This document shows, one piece after another, positions 16,085 through 24,476 of a stretch of 40,524 nucleotides of DNA (position 1 is the first letter of the stretch; every line of letters starts with the position of its first letter). Origin of the DNA: an uncultured Spirochaetaceae bacterium (lineage in GTDB: Bacteria; Spirochaetota; Spirochaetia; DSM-27196; PWMO01); assembly GCA_964402885.1 (NCBI GenBank), contig CAYOFA010000004.1, positions 1 through 40,524 of the forward strand. The letters run 5' to 3'. The notes under the pieces are model-generated. The model was not told the origin of the DNA. It did not search any database and worked only from the letters and a program-made list of their open reading frames with translations. A program made the translations under genes and the position numbers.

Positions 16085-17665
16085 ATGGCGCTGCTTCGTA
16101 TGGACGGGATCACCAAGGTGTTCCCGGGCGTGGTGGCAAACGATTCGATCTCGTTCGACCTGCAGCGAGGCGAGATCCACGCGCTCGTCGGTGAGAACGG
16201 CGCGGGGAAAACCACCCTCATGAAGATCCTCTACGGCCTCTACAGTCCGGATGGTGGTGACATCTACATCCGGGATGAGAAGGTTCGGATCCACAACCCC
16301 AGGGACGCCATCAAGAAGGGCGTAGGTATGGTGCACCAGCACTTCATGCTCGTGCGTCCCTTCACCGTGACTGAAAACATCATACTCGGGGAGGAGAACA
16401 CCGAGGTCGCCGAGGCGGAGCGCGACGAGCCCTCCCTGCTGCGGCGCATCCTCAGCCGGATTCGGCGTCTCGTTTCCCTCGATACCGCCGGACCGATGAA
16501 GCGCATTGCCGCGCTGATGGAGAACAACCGGATCACCGTGGACCAGCGGGCACGCATCGAAGATATCCCGGTCGGTCTTCAACAGCGCGTCGAGATCCTG
16601 AAGATCCTCTACCGGGGAGCGGAGATACTCGTGTTCGACGAGCCGACCGCCGTGCTCACGCCGCAGGAGGTGGAGGAGCTCTTCAACACCTTCCGGCAGC
16701 TCACCGAGCAGGGCAAGGGTATCATCTTCATCACCCATAAGCTCGACGAAGTACTGAACGTTGCCGATCGCATTACGGTCATCCGTCGGGGGAAGATCGT
16801 GGAGACCATGCCGAAGTCCGAGGCGGACAAGCAGAAGCTCGCCGAGCTCATGGTCGGCAAGCCCGTGCTCCTCAGCGTCGAAAACCCGCCGCCGCACCCC
16901 GGCGAGGTCGTCCTCGAGGTCGAGAACGTGACGTTCCGCAACGAGGAGGGCATCGTCGTTCTCGACGACATCGGTTTCGAGATCCGGGAAGGCGAGATCT
17001 ACGGAATTGCCGGTGTGGAGGGAAACGGACAGAACGAGCTTGCTCGTGTCCTCATGGAGCGGGTCGATCTCGAGTCCGGGGCCGTGCGCCTCTACGGTGA
17101 GGACCTCCATCCCTACGATATCCGCGAACGCCGCGATCAGGGCATCGGGTTCATCCCGGACGATCGCAGTCGTTTCGGCCTCATTCTTCCGTTCAGCCTC
17201 GCGGACAATCTGATTCTCGGGCGCCACCACCGCGCGCCCTTCGTCAACAATCTGGAGTTCATTCAGAAACAGGACATCCGTCGCTTTGCCCGGCAGGCTA
17301 TCGACGACTACGATATCCGAACGCCCTCAGAAGCCATACCCGCCCACGCTCTCTCGGGTGGAAACCAGCAGAAGGTCATTATCGCGCGAGAGCTCAGCTC
17401 CGAGCCGAAGCTGCTCGTGGCAAGCCAGCCGACCCGCGGCGTGGATGTGGGGGCAATGGAGTTCATCTACCGACAGCTCGTTTCGGCAAAGGAGCAGAAG
17501 AAAGCGGTGCTTCTCATTTCGGCCGATCTCGATGAGGTGATGTCGATGTCGGACCGCATCGGGGTCATCTACAAGGGACGCATCATCAAGACCTTCGACC
17601 GGGAGTCCGCGAACAAGGAAGAGGTCGGGTTCTACATGATGGGCGAGAAGGGAGAGAGCGCATGA
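16085..17665 (+). CDS. ABC transporter ATP-binding protein with duplicated NBDs (nucleoside/sugar CUT2 type)
   Basis: Two ABC cassettes. The first has GENGAGKTT, LQQRVEILK and VFDEPT. The second has GVEGNGQ, LSGGNQQKV and ASQPTRGVDVG. ATG preceded by AAAAGGGGA. Confidence 0.9.
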   Translation: MALLRMDGITKVFPGVVANDSISFDLQRGEIHALVGENGAGKTTLMKILYGLYSPDGGDIYIRDEKVRIHNPRDAIKKGVGMVHQHFMLVRPFTVTENIILGEENTEVAEAERDEPSLLRRILSRIRRLVSLDTAGPMKRIAALMENNRITVDQRARIEDIPVGLQQRVEILKILYRGAEILVFDEPTAVLTPQEVEELFNTFRQLTEQGKGIIFITHKLDEVLNVADRITVIRRGKIVETMPKSEADKQKLAELMVGKPVLLSVENPPPHPGEVVLEVENVTFRNEEGIVVLDDIGFEIREGEIYGIAGVEGNGQNELARVLMERVDLESGAVRLYGEDLHPYDIRERRDQGIGFIPDDRSRFGLILPFSLADNLILGRHHRAPFVNNLEFIQKQDIRRFARQAIDDYDIRTPSEAIPAHALSGGNQQKVIIARELSSEPKLLVASQPTRGVDVGAMEFIYRQLVSAKEQKKAVLLISADLDEVMSMSDRIGVIYKGRIIKTFDRESANKEEVGFYMMGEKGESA

Positions 17666-18759
17666 TCCGCCGCATAAGCCGCCTCGACCTTCTGGCCATT
17701 GCCGCCCCCTTCATCGGTTTTCTTGCGGCACTGGTCATCCTGCTCCTCATCGTGCTTGCCGTGGGAGAAAGTCCGGCAAAGGCGGTGGAAGCCATCATCC
17801 GTATGACGACCGGGAACCCGTCACGGTTGGGGACGGTGTTGTCCCAGGCGATTCCGCTCTTTCTCGCCGGTATCGCGGTTGCCATCGCGTTCCGCGCGAG
17901 CGTGTTCAATATCGGCGCCGAGGGGCAGTATTTCTTCGGCGGCTTCATCGGGGCGCTCGCGGGTATCTACTTTCAGCTTCCGGCGTTTCTCCACGTTCCG
18001 GTGGTAGTCCTGTTCAGCATGATCGGCGGCGCCATGTGGGCCGCGATTCCCGCGATACTGAAGGTCAAGCGCGGGGTTCACGAGGTCATCACGACCATCA
18101 TGTTCAACAACATCGCCGTGTTGCTCATCAACTACCTCGTGAACAACGTCTTCTCGGGCATAGAGGCCGGGGAGAGCCTGGAGCCGCAGACCGCGCCCAT
18201 TCGCGAAACGGCGTTATTCGGACGCTTCAACCCGCTCTTCCGGGCACTCGGCTGGGACGTCGGTGATCACGTATACCTCGATTACAGCCTTCTCGTGGCC
18301 ATCATCATGGGTTTTCTGCTGTGGTTTTTCATTTTCAAGACCCGCTACGGCTTCGAGGTCCGCTCGGTGGGCACGGCCATGGATGCCTCCCGGTACTCCG
18401 GTATCAAGGTGGAGCGCGTGCAGGTCGGTTCCTTTCTTCTCAGCGGCGGACTCGCGGGTCTCATCGGATTGCAGGAGATATTCGCCATTCGCGGGTTCTA
18501 TACCTATGAGATCGCCCGTGGACTCGGGTTCGACGGTATCGCCATTGCGCTGATCGGACGGAACAATCCCATCGGGGTGGTGTTCGGGGCGCTCCTGTTC
18601 AGCTTCCTCAAGCAGGCCGGCTACGGATTGCAGCTCTACACCTCCGTGCCCAATTCGGTTACCGATGTTATCACCGGTGCGATGATCATCATCATCGTCG
18701 TCACGAATGAAATCATCGCCCGCTACATAAAGCGTGTGCGCCAGAGGGAGGCCGGTTAG
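17662..18759 (+). CDS. ABC transporter permease (BMP/nucleoside system, first TMD)
   Basis: ATGA start/stop overlap with the ATPase gene. ~9 TM helices, with FNIGAEGQ and GFDGIAIALIGRNNP motifs typical of CUT2/BMP-associated permeases. Confidence 0.9.
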   Translation: MIRRISRLDLLAIAAPFIGFLAALVILLLIVLAVGESPAKAVEAIIRMTTGNPSRLGTVLSQAIPLFLAGIAVAIAFRASVFNIGAEGQYFFGGFIGALAGIYFQLPAFLHVPVVVLFSMIGGAMWAAIPAILKVKRGVHEVITTIMFNNIAVLLINYLVNNVFSGIEAGESLEPQTAPIRETALFGRFNPLFRALGWDVGDHVYLDYSLLVAIIMGFLLWFFIFKTRYGFEVRSVGTAMDASRYSGIKVERVQVGSFLLSGGLAGLIGLQEIFAIRGFYTYEIARGLGFDGIAIALIGRNNPIGVVFGALLFSFLKQAGYGLQLYTSVPNSVTDVITGAMIIIIVVTNEIIARYIKRVRQREAG

Positions 18760-19629
18760 ATGGAAGTTCTCGGAGAGTTTCTGGTCCGCGGGCTGCAGGT
18801 CTCGGCACCGATCGCCTTTGCCTCCATCGGCGGGGTGTTCTCCGAGCGAAGCGGTATCATCAATATCGCCCTCGAGGGCATCATGATCGTAACCACCTTC
18901 GCCATCGTCTGGGGCGCGCTGGTGTTCCAGAGCTTCTTCATGGGCCTGCTCGTCGCGATCCTTGCGGGCATCCTCATGGCGCTCATCCACGCGATTGCCA
19001 CCGTGACCTATCGGGTCAACCAGATCGTCTCCGGCGTCGCCATAAACATACTCGCGGTGGGGATCTCCCGCTTTCTCTCCCAGCGCATCTTCGGGCAGGA
19101 AACCCAGTCGCCGAGCAACCCCTTCACGGCACCGGACCTCTTCGGTACGAACGTGGTGGCTCTTGCCCTCATCCCGATCGCCGTGATCGCCTGGTACGTG
19201 CTCTTCAAAACGCCCTTCGGCTTGCGGTTGCGTTCCGTTGGCGAGAATCCGGAATCGGCGGATACCGTCGGCATCGACGTCTACCTGATGCGGTACGCCG
19301 GCGTGCTCATCTCGGGGGCAATGGTCGGCTTCTCGGCGGCAACCCTCTATCCGGCCCAGTGGGTGAGCGGGATGACCGGCGGCCGCGGCTACATCGCCCT
19401 TGCGGCGATGATATTCGGACGCTTTCATCCGATCGGGGCGGTGCTGGCGGCACTTCTGTTCGGCTTCGCGGAGTCCTTCCGGATCATGTTCGAAACCCAG
19501 ATTCCCATACCGGGTCAGTTCGTGCAGATGCTTCCCTACGTGCTCGCCGTGGTCGTCCTCGCCGGGTTCGTCGGGCGGGCCCGCCCGCCGGCGGCCGAAG
19601 GTCAGCCCTACGAGAAGGGCGGGGCGTGA
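18760..19629 (+). CDS. ABC transporter permease (BMP/nucleoside system, second TMD)
   Basis: The ATG immediately follows the previous stop (TAGATG). SERSGIINIALEG and GYIALAAMIFGRFHP motifs; multi-pass hydrophobic profile. Confidence 0.9.
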   Translation: MEVLGEFLVRGLQVSAPIAFASIGGVFSERSGIINIALEGIMIVTTFAIVWGALVFQSFFMGLLVAILAGILMALIHAIATVTYRVNQIVSGVAINILAVGISRFLSQRIFGQETQSPSNPFTAPDLFGTNVVALALIPIAVIAWYVLFKTPFGLRLRSVGENPESADTVGIDVYLMRYAGVLISGAMVGFSAATLYPAQWVSGMTGGRGYIALAAMIFGRFHPIGAVLAALLFGFAESFRIMFETQIPIPGQFVQMLPYVLAVVVLAGFVGRARPPAAEGQPYEKGGA

Positions 19630-20348
19630 ACGAGCTCTACTGGGGCATCCTGCTGCTGGTGAACTTTGCGGTCATCCTCCTCATGTTCCGCTTCTTCGGG
19701 CGTGAGGGGCTGGCCGTATGGATGGGCGTCTGTGTCATTGCCGCGAATATCCAGGTGATGAAGACCATCGAGATCCTCGGCGTCACCGCCACCCTCGGCA
19801 ATATCGTCTACGCGAGCTCGTTTCTCATCACCGACATTCTCTCGGAGAACTACGGAAAGCAGGCGGCGCGCCGGGTCGTGTACTTCGGCCTCGCGGTCAT
19901 TATCGGGTTCACGCTGCTGATGAACCTGGCGCTTCTTTTCGAGCCCGCCGCGGGCGACTTCGCCCATGAGAGCCTCGAGGTCATTTTCGGCTTCCTGCCG
20001 CGCATCGCGGTGGCGAGCCTGGCGGCGTATCTGGTCTCGCAGCTTCACGATGTATGGGCATACGCGTTCTGGAAGCAGCGTTTCGGCGGAGTCCGCAGCA
20101 TCTGGATACGGAACAATCTCAGCACGATGGTGAGCCAGCTCGTGGACTCCCTCGTCTTCACCACAGGGGCATTCGCCGGGGTGTTCTCGTTCCCCATCTT
20201 TGCGGAGATCGTTCTGACCACTTACCTTCTGAAGGTCGTAGTAGCTGCGGCCGATACGCCGTTCGTCTATTTGGCTACCTGGTGGGTGCGGCGGGGGAGG
20301 GTTGCCGGCGGCGACGCCGGCGATCGTCGGGCTCCCTCCAGCAGGTGA
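19626..20348 (+). CDS. yhhQ: Queuosine-precursor transporter (YhhQ / VUT, DUF165 family)
   Basis: GTG at 19626 overlaps the permease stop (GTGA). FLITDILSENYGKQAARR, RIAVASLAAYLVSQLHDVWAY, RNNLSTMVSQLVDSLVF and TYLLKVVVAAADTPFVY match conserved YhhQ blocks. The upstream 267 nt of track ORF 19359..20348 is the out-of-frame end of the permease gene. Confidence 0.8.
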   Translation: MNELYWGILLLVNFAVILLMFRFFGREGLAVWMGVCVIAANIQVMKTIEILGVTATLGNIVYASSFLITDILSENYGKQAARRVVYFGLAVIIGFTLLMNLALLFEPAAGDFAHESLEVIFGFLPRIAVASLAAYLVSQLHDVWAYAFWKQRFGGVRSIWIRNNLSTMVSQLVDSLVFTTGAFAGVFSFPIFAEIVLTTYLLKVVVAAADTPFVYLATWWVRRGRVAGGDAGDRRAPSSR

Positions 20349-20364
20349 ACGCCACCGCGGCGTA

Positions 20365-21141
20365 TCACTCTTTCCAGGGAAAAATCATGCCCTTGAAGGT
20401 TCGCTTCCCCACTCGCTCGCGATCCTCCACGAGAAGGCGGTCCCACGGAATCTTTCGTCTATCGGCGTCCGGATGTTCCTCGAGATAGTCATACTTGAGG
20501 AGTCTGAGCTTGAAACCGGCCTGCAGCCATATGATGGCACCCGCCGGGCCGGGGAGCAGAAAGGCGGTGAACACCGAGACGCCGACAATGAACACGAAGC
20601 CGACGGCGCTGCCGAGCGCGTAGAGCGGATTGTCGAACAGAAGTATGAAGCTCTTCTTGAGGATCTTCTTGAAGCTGCGGTCGAGTCGCGTTCTGACCGG
20701 AAAGAAGAACTGAAGCCCGACGTACCAGATGACCGCGGCCCAGAACAGCAGGGCCAGCGCCGCCGTCCCGAGGAGATTGTTCATGGCCGCGTAGGTGGGG
20801 ATGGCGATGGTTAGCAGAAAGAAAGAGCCGATCATCATCGCAGCGTAGACGAGGCCCGCCGGCCACAGCTCCCGCAGGTACTCGATAATCGAGCTCCACT
20901 GCGGATTTCGGTAGTCGGTAATGTCGCGGGCAATCATGGCAACCCCTGCGGCATACACGAAGAGCAGGGCCACCCCCGCAATGAGAATTACCACCCCGAG
21001 CACCGGCGCCGCCGGCTGAATCTCCGGTGCGAGGACGAAGGACACCGCCGCGACGGCGATGAATCCCAGATTCAACAGGATCGATACGAGGAAATGATCC
21101 CAGAAATCGAAGAATGCTTTCTTAATCCAGAAGAGGGCCAC
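20365..21141 (-). CDS. Multi-pass membrane protein, possibly DUF624/YesL-like
   Basis: Only the 3' 258 codons of track ORF 20365..22101 are hydrophobic and protein-like; the rest is the shadow of the reductase gene. The first canonical in-frame start is the GTG at 21141 (VALFWIKKAFFDFWDHFLVSILLNLGF...). About 6 TM helices. Family assignment is tentative. Confidence 0.55.
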   Translation of the reverse strand: MALFWIKKAFFDFWDHFLVSILLNLGFIAVAAVSFVLAPEIQPAAPVLGVVILIAGVALLFVYAAGVAMIARDITDYRNPQWSSIIEYLRELWPAGLVYAAMMIGSFFLLTIAIPTYAAMNNLLGTAALALLFWAAVIWYVGLQFFFPVRTRLDRSFKKILKKSFILLFDNPLYALGSAVGFVFIVGVSVFTAFLLPGPAGAIIWLQAGFKLRLLKYDYLEEHPDADRRKIPWDRLLVEDRERVGKRTFKGMIFPWKE

Positions 21142-21180
21142 GGGGCTGTTGTAACGGAAACCCCCGGCTTTCGCAAGCAG

Positions 21181-21222
21181 CGGCCCGGTTTCTGCGGCCC
21201 GGTTTCTGCGGGCCGGTTTCGC
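21181..21222. repeat. Three tandem 14-bp repeats in a divergent intergenic region
   Basis: CGGCCCGGTTTCTG (21181-21194), CGGCCCGGTTTCTG (21195-21208), CGGGCCGGTTTCGC (21209-21222). A degenerate related copy CCCCGGCTTTCGC lies just upstream (~21161-21173). Confidence 0.8.
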
Positions 21223-21273
21223 CTGTACAGGGGGGCATGCTACGATCGAAGTAAATAGTGTTGGGAGTAGATC

Positions 21274-22260
21274 ATGAAGTACAGACGACTGGGAAAAACG
21301 GACTTCGAGGTGTCGGAGGTCTCCCTCGGCACCTGGCAGGTGGGCGGAGGCTGGGGCTCGGAGTTCGACGACGAGACGGCCGAGGAGATTCTGAACACCG
21401 CGGTGGACCGCGGCATCAACTTTCTCGACACCGCTGATGTCTACGATGACCGCGCGAGCGAGGCGGCCGTGGGCCGAATCGTGCGGGCTCGGTCGGAGCC
21501 CCTGCGTGTGGCAACCAAATGCGGACGGCGCCTGCAGCCGCATGTGGCGGACAGCTACACCCCGGCGGCAATGCGGGAGTTCGTGGAGCAGAGCCTCGAG
21601 AATACGGGCCTCGAGACCCTGGATCTCATTCAGCTCCATTGCCCCCCGACGGAGGTGTACTATCGCCCGGAGGTGTTCGAAATCTTCGATCGCCTGAAAG
21701 AGGAGGGCAAGATCCGCAACCTGGGCGTGTCGGTTGAGAAGGTGGAGGAAGGGCTCAAGGCGATCGAGTATCGGAACGTGGCCACCGTACAGATCATCTT
21801 CAACATGTTCCGCCATCGTCCCGCCGAGCTCTTCTTCTCCGAGGCGCGCCGTCGTGACGTGGGCATTATCGTGCGTGTTCCCCTTGCAAGCGGGCTTCTT
21901 TCGGGAAAGCTCACCCGCAGCAGCACCTTCGAGGAGGGAGACCACCGCAACTTCAACCGGGAGGGAGCGGCTTTCGATAAGGGAGAAACCTTCGCCGGTG
22001 TTCCCTTCGAGACCGGACTCGACGCGGTGGAATCGCTCAAAATGCGACTCGACGATGAGCGTCCACTGCCGATGCTGGCGCTGAAGTGGATCCTCATGCA
22101 CGACGAGGTGAGTACGGTCATTCCCGGTGCATCACGGCCGAGCCAGGTCGAGCAGAACGTGGAAGCGTCGGACACGAAGGATCTCACGCCCGAACAGGTC
22201 GAGGTGGTCGACGACGTCTACGAGCGCTACATCAGGGACTACGTTCACCACCGCTGGTAG
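21274..22260 (+). CDS. Aldo/keto reductase family oxidoreductase
   Basis: MKYRRLGKTDFEVSEVSLGTWQVGG, INFLDTADVYDD, LDLIQLHCP, IRNLGVS and VIPGASRPSQVEQN are canonical AKR blocks. GGGAG SD 7 nt upstream. Confidence 0.9.
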   Translation: MKYRRLGKTDFEVSEVSLGTWQVGGGWGSEFDDETAEEILNTAVDRGINFLDTADVYDDRASEAAVGRIVRARSEPLRVATKCGRRLQPHVADSYTPAAMREFVEQSLENTGLETLDLIQLHCPPTEVYYRPEVFEIFDRLKEEGKIRNLGVSVEKVEEGLKAIEYRNVATVQIIFNMFRHRPAELFFSEARRRDVGIIVRVPLASGLLSGKLTRSSTFEEGDHRNFNREGAAFDKGETFAGVPFETGLDAVESLKMRLDDERPLPMLALKWILMHDEVSTVIPGASRPSQVEQNVEASDTKDLTPEQVEVVDDVYERYIRDYVHHRW

Positions 22261-23026
22261 CGGCAAACCACGCACGGATTTCCTCCGCAACGCGCCCGCG
22301 GTCGACGTCGTTCACGACGACGTGGCCGCTTTCCACGAGGTGTACCCTGTGAGTACGCCGAGCGTTCGTGCGGCGCTCGATGAGGTCCGTTACTGCGGTA
22401 GGCACCGTTCTATCGGCTTCGGAGACGATGGTGAGGGTCGGCGCGGTGATCTCGGGCAGGCGCCGCCTCGCGCTCCGTATGAGGCGATACAGCTCGCCTG
22501 CCGGGCGCACCCACTGAAAGGCGTAATACTCGAGCTCGAGCTCCCGCTCGACCGGGTCCTCACTGTCCGGCTCGTAGGGAACCCGCCATCGGGGGATTAT
22601 GCGCCCGAGCAGGGGGGCAAGCCACAGGTTCCACTTGCGTACCCGCAGGGCGGGGGCACACAGGGCCAGGGCGTCGGGCTCGAAGCTTGCGGCAAGCAGC
22701 GCGGCGAGCACGCCTCCCATCGAGAGGCCGACGATGTAGACGCGCTCATAGTCGGTGCGAAGTTGGAGAAACGCGTCGGTGACGTGGCGCAGCCACTGAT
22801 CGCCGTCGCTCTGGAGGAAGTCGCGCCCGTTGGTTCCGTGCCCGGGAAGGCGCGGCACCCACACGGTGTACCCGTGATTGTTGAGCTCCGTGGCGAGATA
22901 GACCATCTCGCTCGTGCGCCCCGTGAATCCATGGATGACGAGTACTGCCTCGCGGCCTCCGGAGAAGAACCGGTCACGCCCGAAGGGATTGACGCGCGTA
23001 TCGCTGGGGATGTGATGGACCTTCAT
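22232..23026 (-). CDS. Alpha/beta-hydrolase (carboxylesterase / monoacylglycerol-lipase-like)
   Basis: VLVIHGFTGRTSEM, nucleophile elbow GLSMGG, and late D and H residues (SEADRTV..., ESGHVV). The 3' end overlaps the convergent reductase gene by 29 nt. Confidence 0.85.
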   Translation of the reverse strand: MKVHHIPSDTRVNPFGRDRFFSGGREAVLVIHGFTGRTSEMVYLATELNNHGYTVWVPRLPGHGTNGRDFLQSDGDQWLRHVTDAFLQLRTDYERVYIVGLSMGGVLAALLAASFEPDALALCAPALRVRKWNLWLAPLLGRIIPRWRVPYEPDSEDPVERELELEYYAFQWVRPAGELYRLIRSARRRLPEITAPTLTIVSEADRTVPTAVTDLIERRTNARRTHRVHLVESGHVVVNDVDRGRVAEEIRAWFAATSGGERSP

Positions 23027-23042
23027 AGATACTTCCAGAAAT

Positions 23043-23144
23043 CACGCCGGGGGGTGGCGTGTCAATCGCCCGGTGCGGCTCCACGGTGCGCGGCCGGCCG
23101 GCAGTCGGCTGCACGCCGGGGGTCGACCGCATCCCACGCCGGGG
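23043..23144. promoter_or_regulatory. Three copies of the 10-mer CACGCCGGGG in the hydrolase/XRE divergent control region (candidate operator set)
   Basis: Exact 10-mers at 23043-23052, 23112-23121 and 23135-23144. The first is half of an inverted repeat, CACGCC-GGGGGGT-GGCGTG (23043-23061). The sequence is certain; the regulatory role is inferred. Confidence 0.35.
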
Positions 23145-23189
23145 ACACCTTGCAGGGCGACAGAGCTCCCGCAAAGATGTTTTCCCGAG

Positions 23190-23510
23190 ATGACACGCGT
23201 ACAACAGGTGATCGCGCGGAACGTGAAGCAGGCGCGCAAACGCGCCGGGCTCTCGCAGGCGGATGTCGCAAAGCGCGCGGGCTTTTCCGACAGCTATCTG
23301 AGCGAGATCGAGCGTGCCCGCAGGAATCCGTCCGCCGAGGCCCTTGAGCGCATCGCCGAGACCCTGGGACTGCGACCCTACCAGCTGCTGCTCGAAGAGG
23401 ACGATTGGGAGCTGCGGGATCGGCTCGAGACCGTCACCAGCATGTACCGGGATCTCAAGGACGGGCTGAACTCGATGCTCGACGAGGCCCTGCGTCGCCA
23501 CTTGAAGTGA
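23190..23510 (+). CDS. XRE-family helix-turn-helix transcriptional regulator
   Basis: In-frame ATG at 23190. IARNVKQARKRAGLSQADVAKRAGFSDSYLSEIERARRNPSAEALERIAETLGL is a canonical Cro/C1-type HTH, followed by a ~40-aa helical tail. Confidence 0.8.
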   Translation: MTRVQQVIARNVKQARKRAGLSQADVAKRAGFSDSYLSEIERARRNPSAEALERIAETLGLRPYQLLLEEDDWELRDRLETVTSMYRDLKDGLNSMLDEALRRHLK

Positions 23511-23548
23511 GTTAAGCCCGTGCACGACAACTCCGATCATCGTAAGCA

Positions 23549-24457
23549 GTGAAAGTAGGACTCTTTGCAAACGCCTCGGATACATTGCCCATCGAGCCCC
23601 TTCTGCGCGCGCTTTCGGACAACGGCATCGACGCATCGGTGTACCGTGTCCGCGAGAGTTGGCGGGGGATGACTACGGAGGAGATCCGGCGAAATCTCGG
23701 CGGGGTGTCGCACCTCGTGCTGTGGGCGAAGGATCAATTGCCTCCTCAGACATGGAGCTCGCTTCTCGCCGGTTACGCGATCGGCACGGACAAAGGTTTG
23801 TATGTGCTCGCTCCGGCCGATGTGGACGTCGGAGAGTACCTCGAGGGCTTCCGGCGCTTCGAGGAGCCGGATCGACTCGCCGAGGAGTTGATCGCGGACA
23901 GATCGGAGTATGAGCGTGTCCGTCGAATCGCGGAGGCGCGCGAGGAGCTCATCTCGTCCGGTTTTGCGCTCACCGAGCGCACCTTTCTCGAGGCCGTGGG
24001 ACAGGGAAACGAGCGTGCCGCTCGCGGCTTTCTGCTTCTCGGTTATTCGCCCGATGTCCGTGACGAGTCGGGGCTCCCGGCACTGTTTCTCGCGGTGCGC
24101 AGCGGGAACCCGCACCTCGTGCGGCTACTCGTGGACTACGGTGCCCATGTCGACGAGCAGAGTGGGGACCGCGGCACGAGCCCCCTCATGGAGGCCGCCG
24201 GCACCGGTCAGGTCGCGATTACGCGGCAGCTTCTCGAGGCGGGCGCGGATCCGGATATGGTCAGCACCTACGGACAGAGCGCGGCAATTCTCGCCGCAAG
24301 CGAAGGTCACGCCGACACGTTGAAGCTTCTCCTCGAATGGAATGCACGCACCGATCTCGTGGATCATCTCGGCATGACTGCGCTGAAGTACGCGAAGCTG
24401 TTTCACCACGACGAGGCCGTGAGGGCGCTCGAGGGCGAGGCCTCCGGCGAGGGCTGA
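23549..24457 (+). CDS. Ankyrin-repeat protein with uncharacterised N-terminal alpha/beta module
   Basis: GTG start. The C-terminal half has 4-5 ANK repeats (GLPALFLAVRSGNPHLVRLLVDYGAHVD, TSPLMEAAGTGQVAITRQLLEAGADPD, QSAAILAASEGHADTLKLLLEWNA, MTALKYAKLFHH). The N-terminal ~115 aa show a beta-alpha-beta pattern (KVGLFAN..., HLVLWAK..., GLYVLAP). Confidence 0.8.
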   Translation: MKVGLFANASDTLPIEPLLRALSDNGIDASVYRVRESWRGMTTEEIRRNLGGVSHLVLWAKDQLPPQTWSSLLAGYAIGTDKGLYVLAPADVDVGEYLEGFRRFEEPDRLAEELIADRSEYERVRRIAEAREELISSGFALTERTFLEAVGQGNERAARGFLLLGYSPDVRDESGLPALFLAVRSGNPHLVRLLVDYGAHVDEQSGDRGTSPLMEAAGTGQVAITRQLLEAGADPDMVSTYGQSAAILAASEGHADTLKLLLEWNARTDLVDHLGMTALKYAKLFHHDEAVRALEGEASGEG

Positions 24458-24476
24458 GCGCTTCCGCCACCCGGGA

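Noticed and set aside
14814-17230. Two ~400-aa minus-strand ORFs (14814..16025 and 15998..17230)
   Set aside because: They are antisense to the BMP lipoprotein and ABC ATPase genes, whose identities are unambiguous. They are shadow ORFs.
19359-19625. Upstream extension of the yhhQ ORF, and the possibility of a preQ1 riboswitch
   Set aside because: This stretch is the 3' end of the second permease gene in another frame. With a GTGA stop/start overlap, there is no non-coding space for a riboswitch.
21142-22101. 5' two-thirds of the 578-aa minus-strand ORF 20365..22101
   Set aside because: This part is antisense to the aldo/keto reductase and is not hydrophobic or protein-like. Only the 3' 258 codons, from the GTG at 21141, look like a genuine membrane protein.
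22232-22260. 29-nt convergent overlap between the reductase and hydrolase genes
   Set aside because: It is most simply explained by a poorly conserved C-terminal tail on the hydrolase ORF (…AATSGGERSP). Short convergent overlaps are common in compact GC-rich genomes.
22127-23347. 406-aa plus-strand ORF
   Set aside because: It is antisense to the alpha/beta hydrolase (GLSMGG nucleophile elbow) and spans the intergenic region. It is Arg/Gly/Ala-rich shadow sequence.
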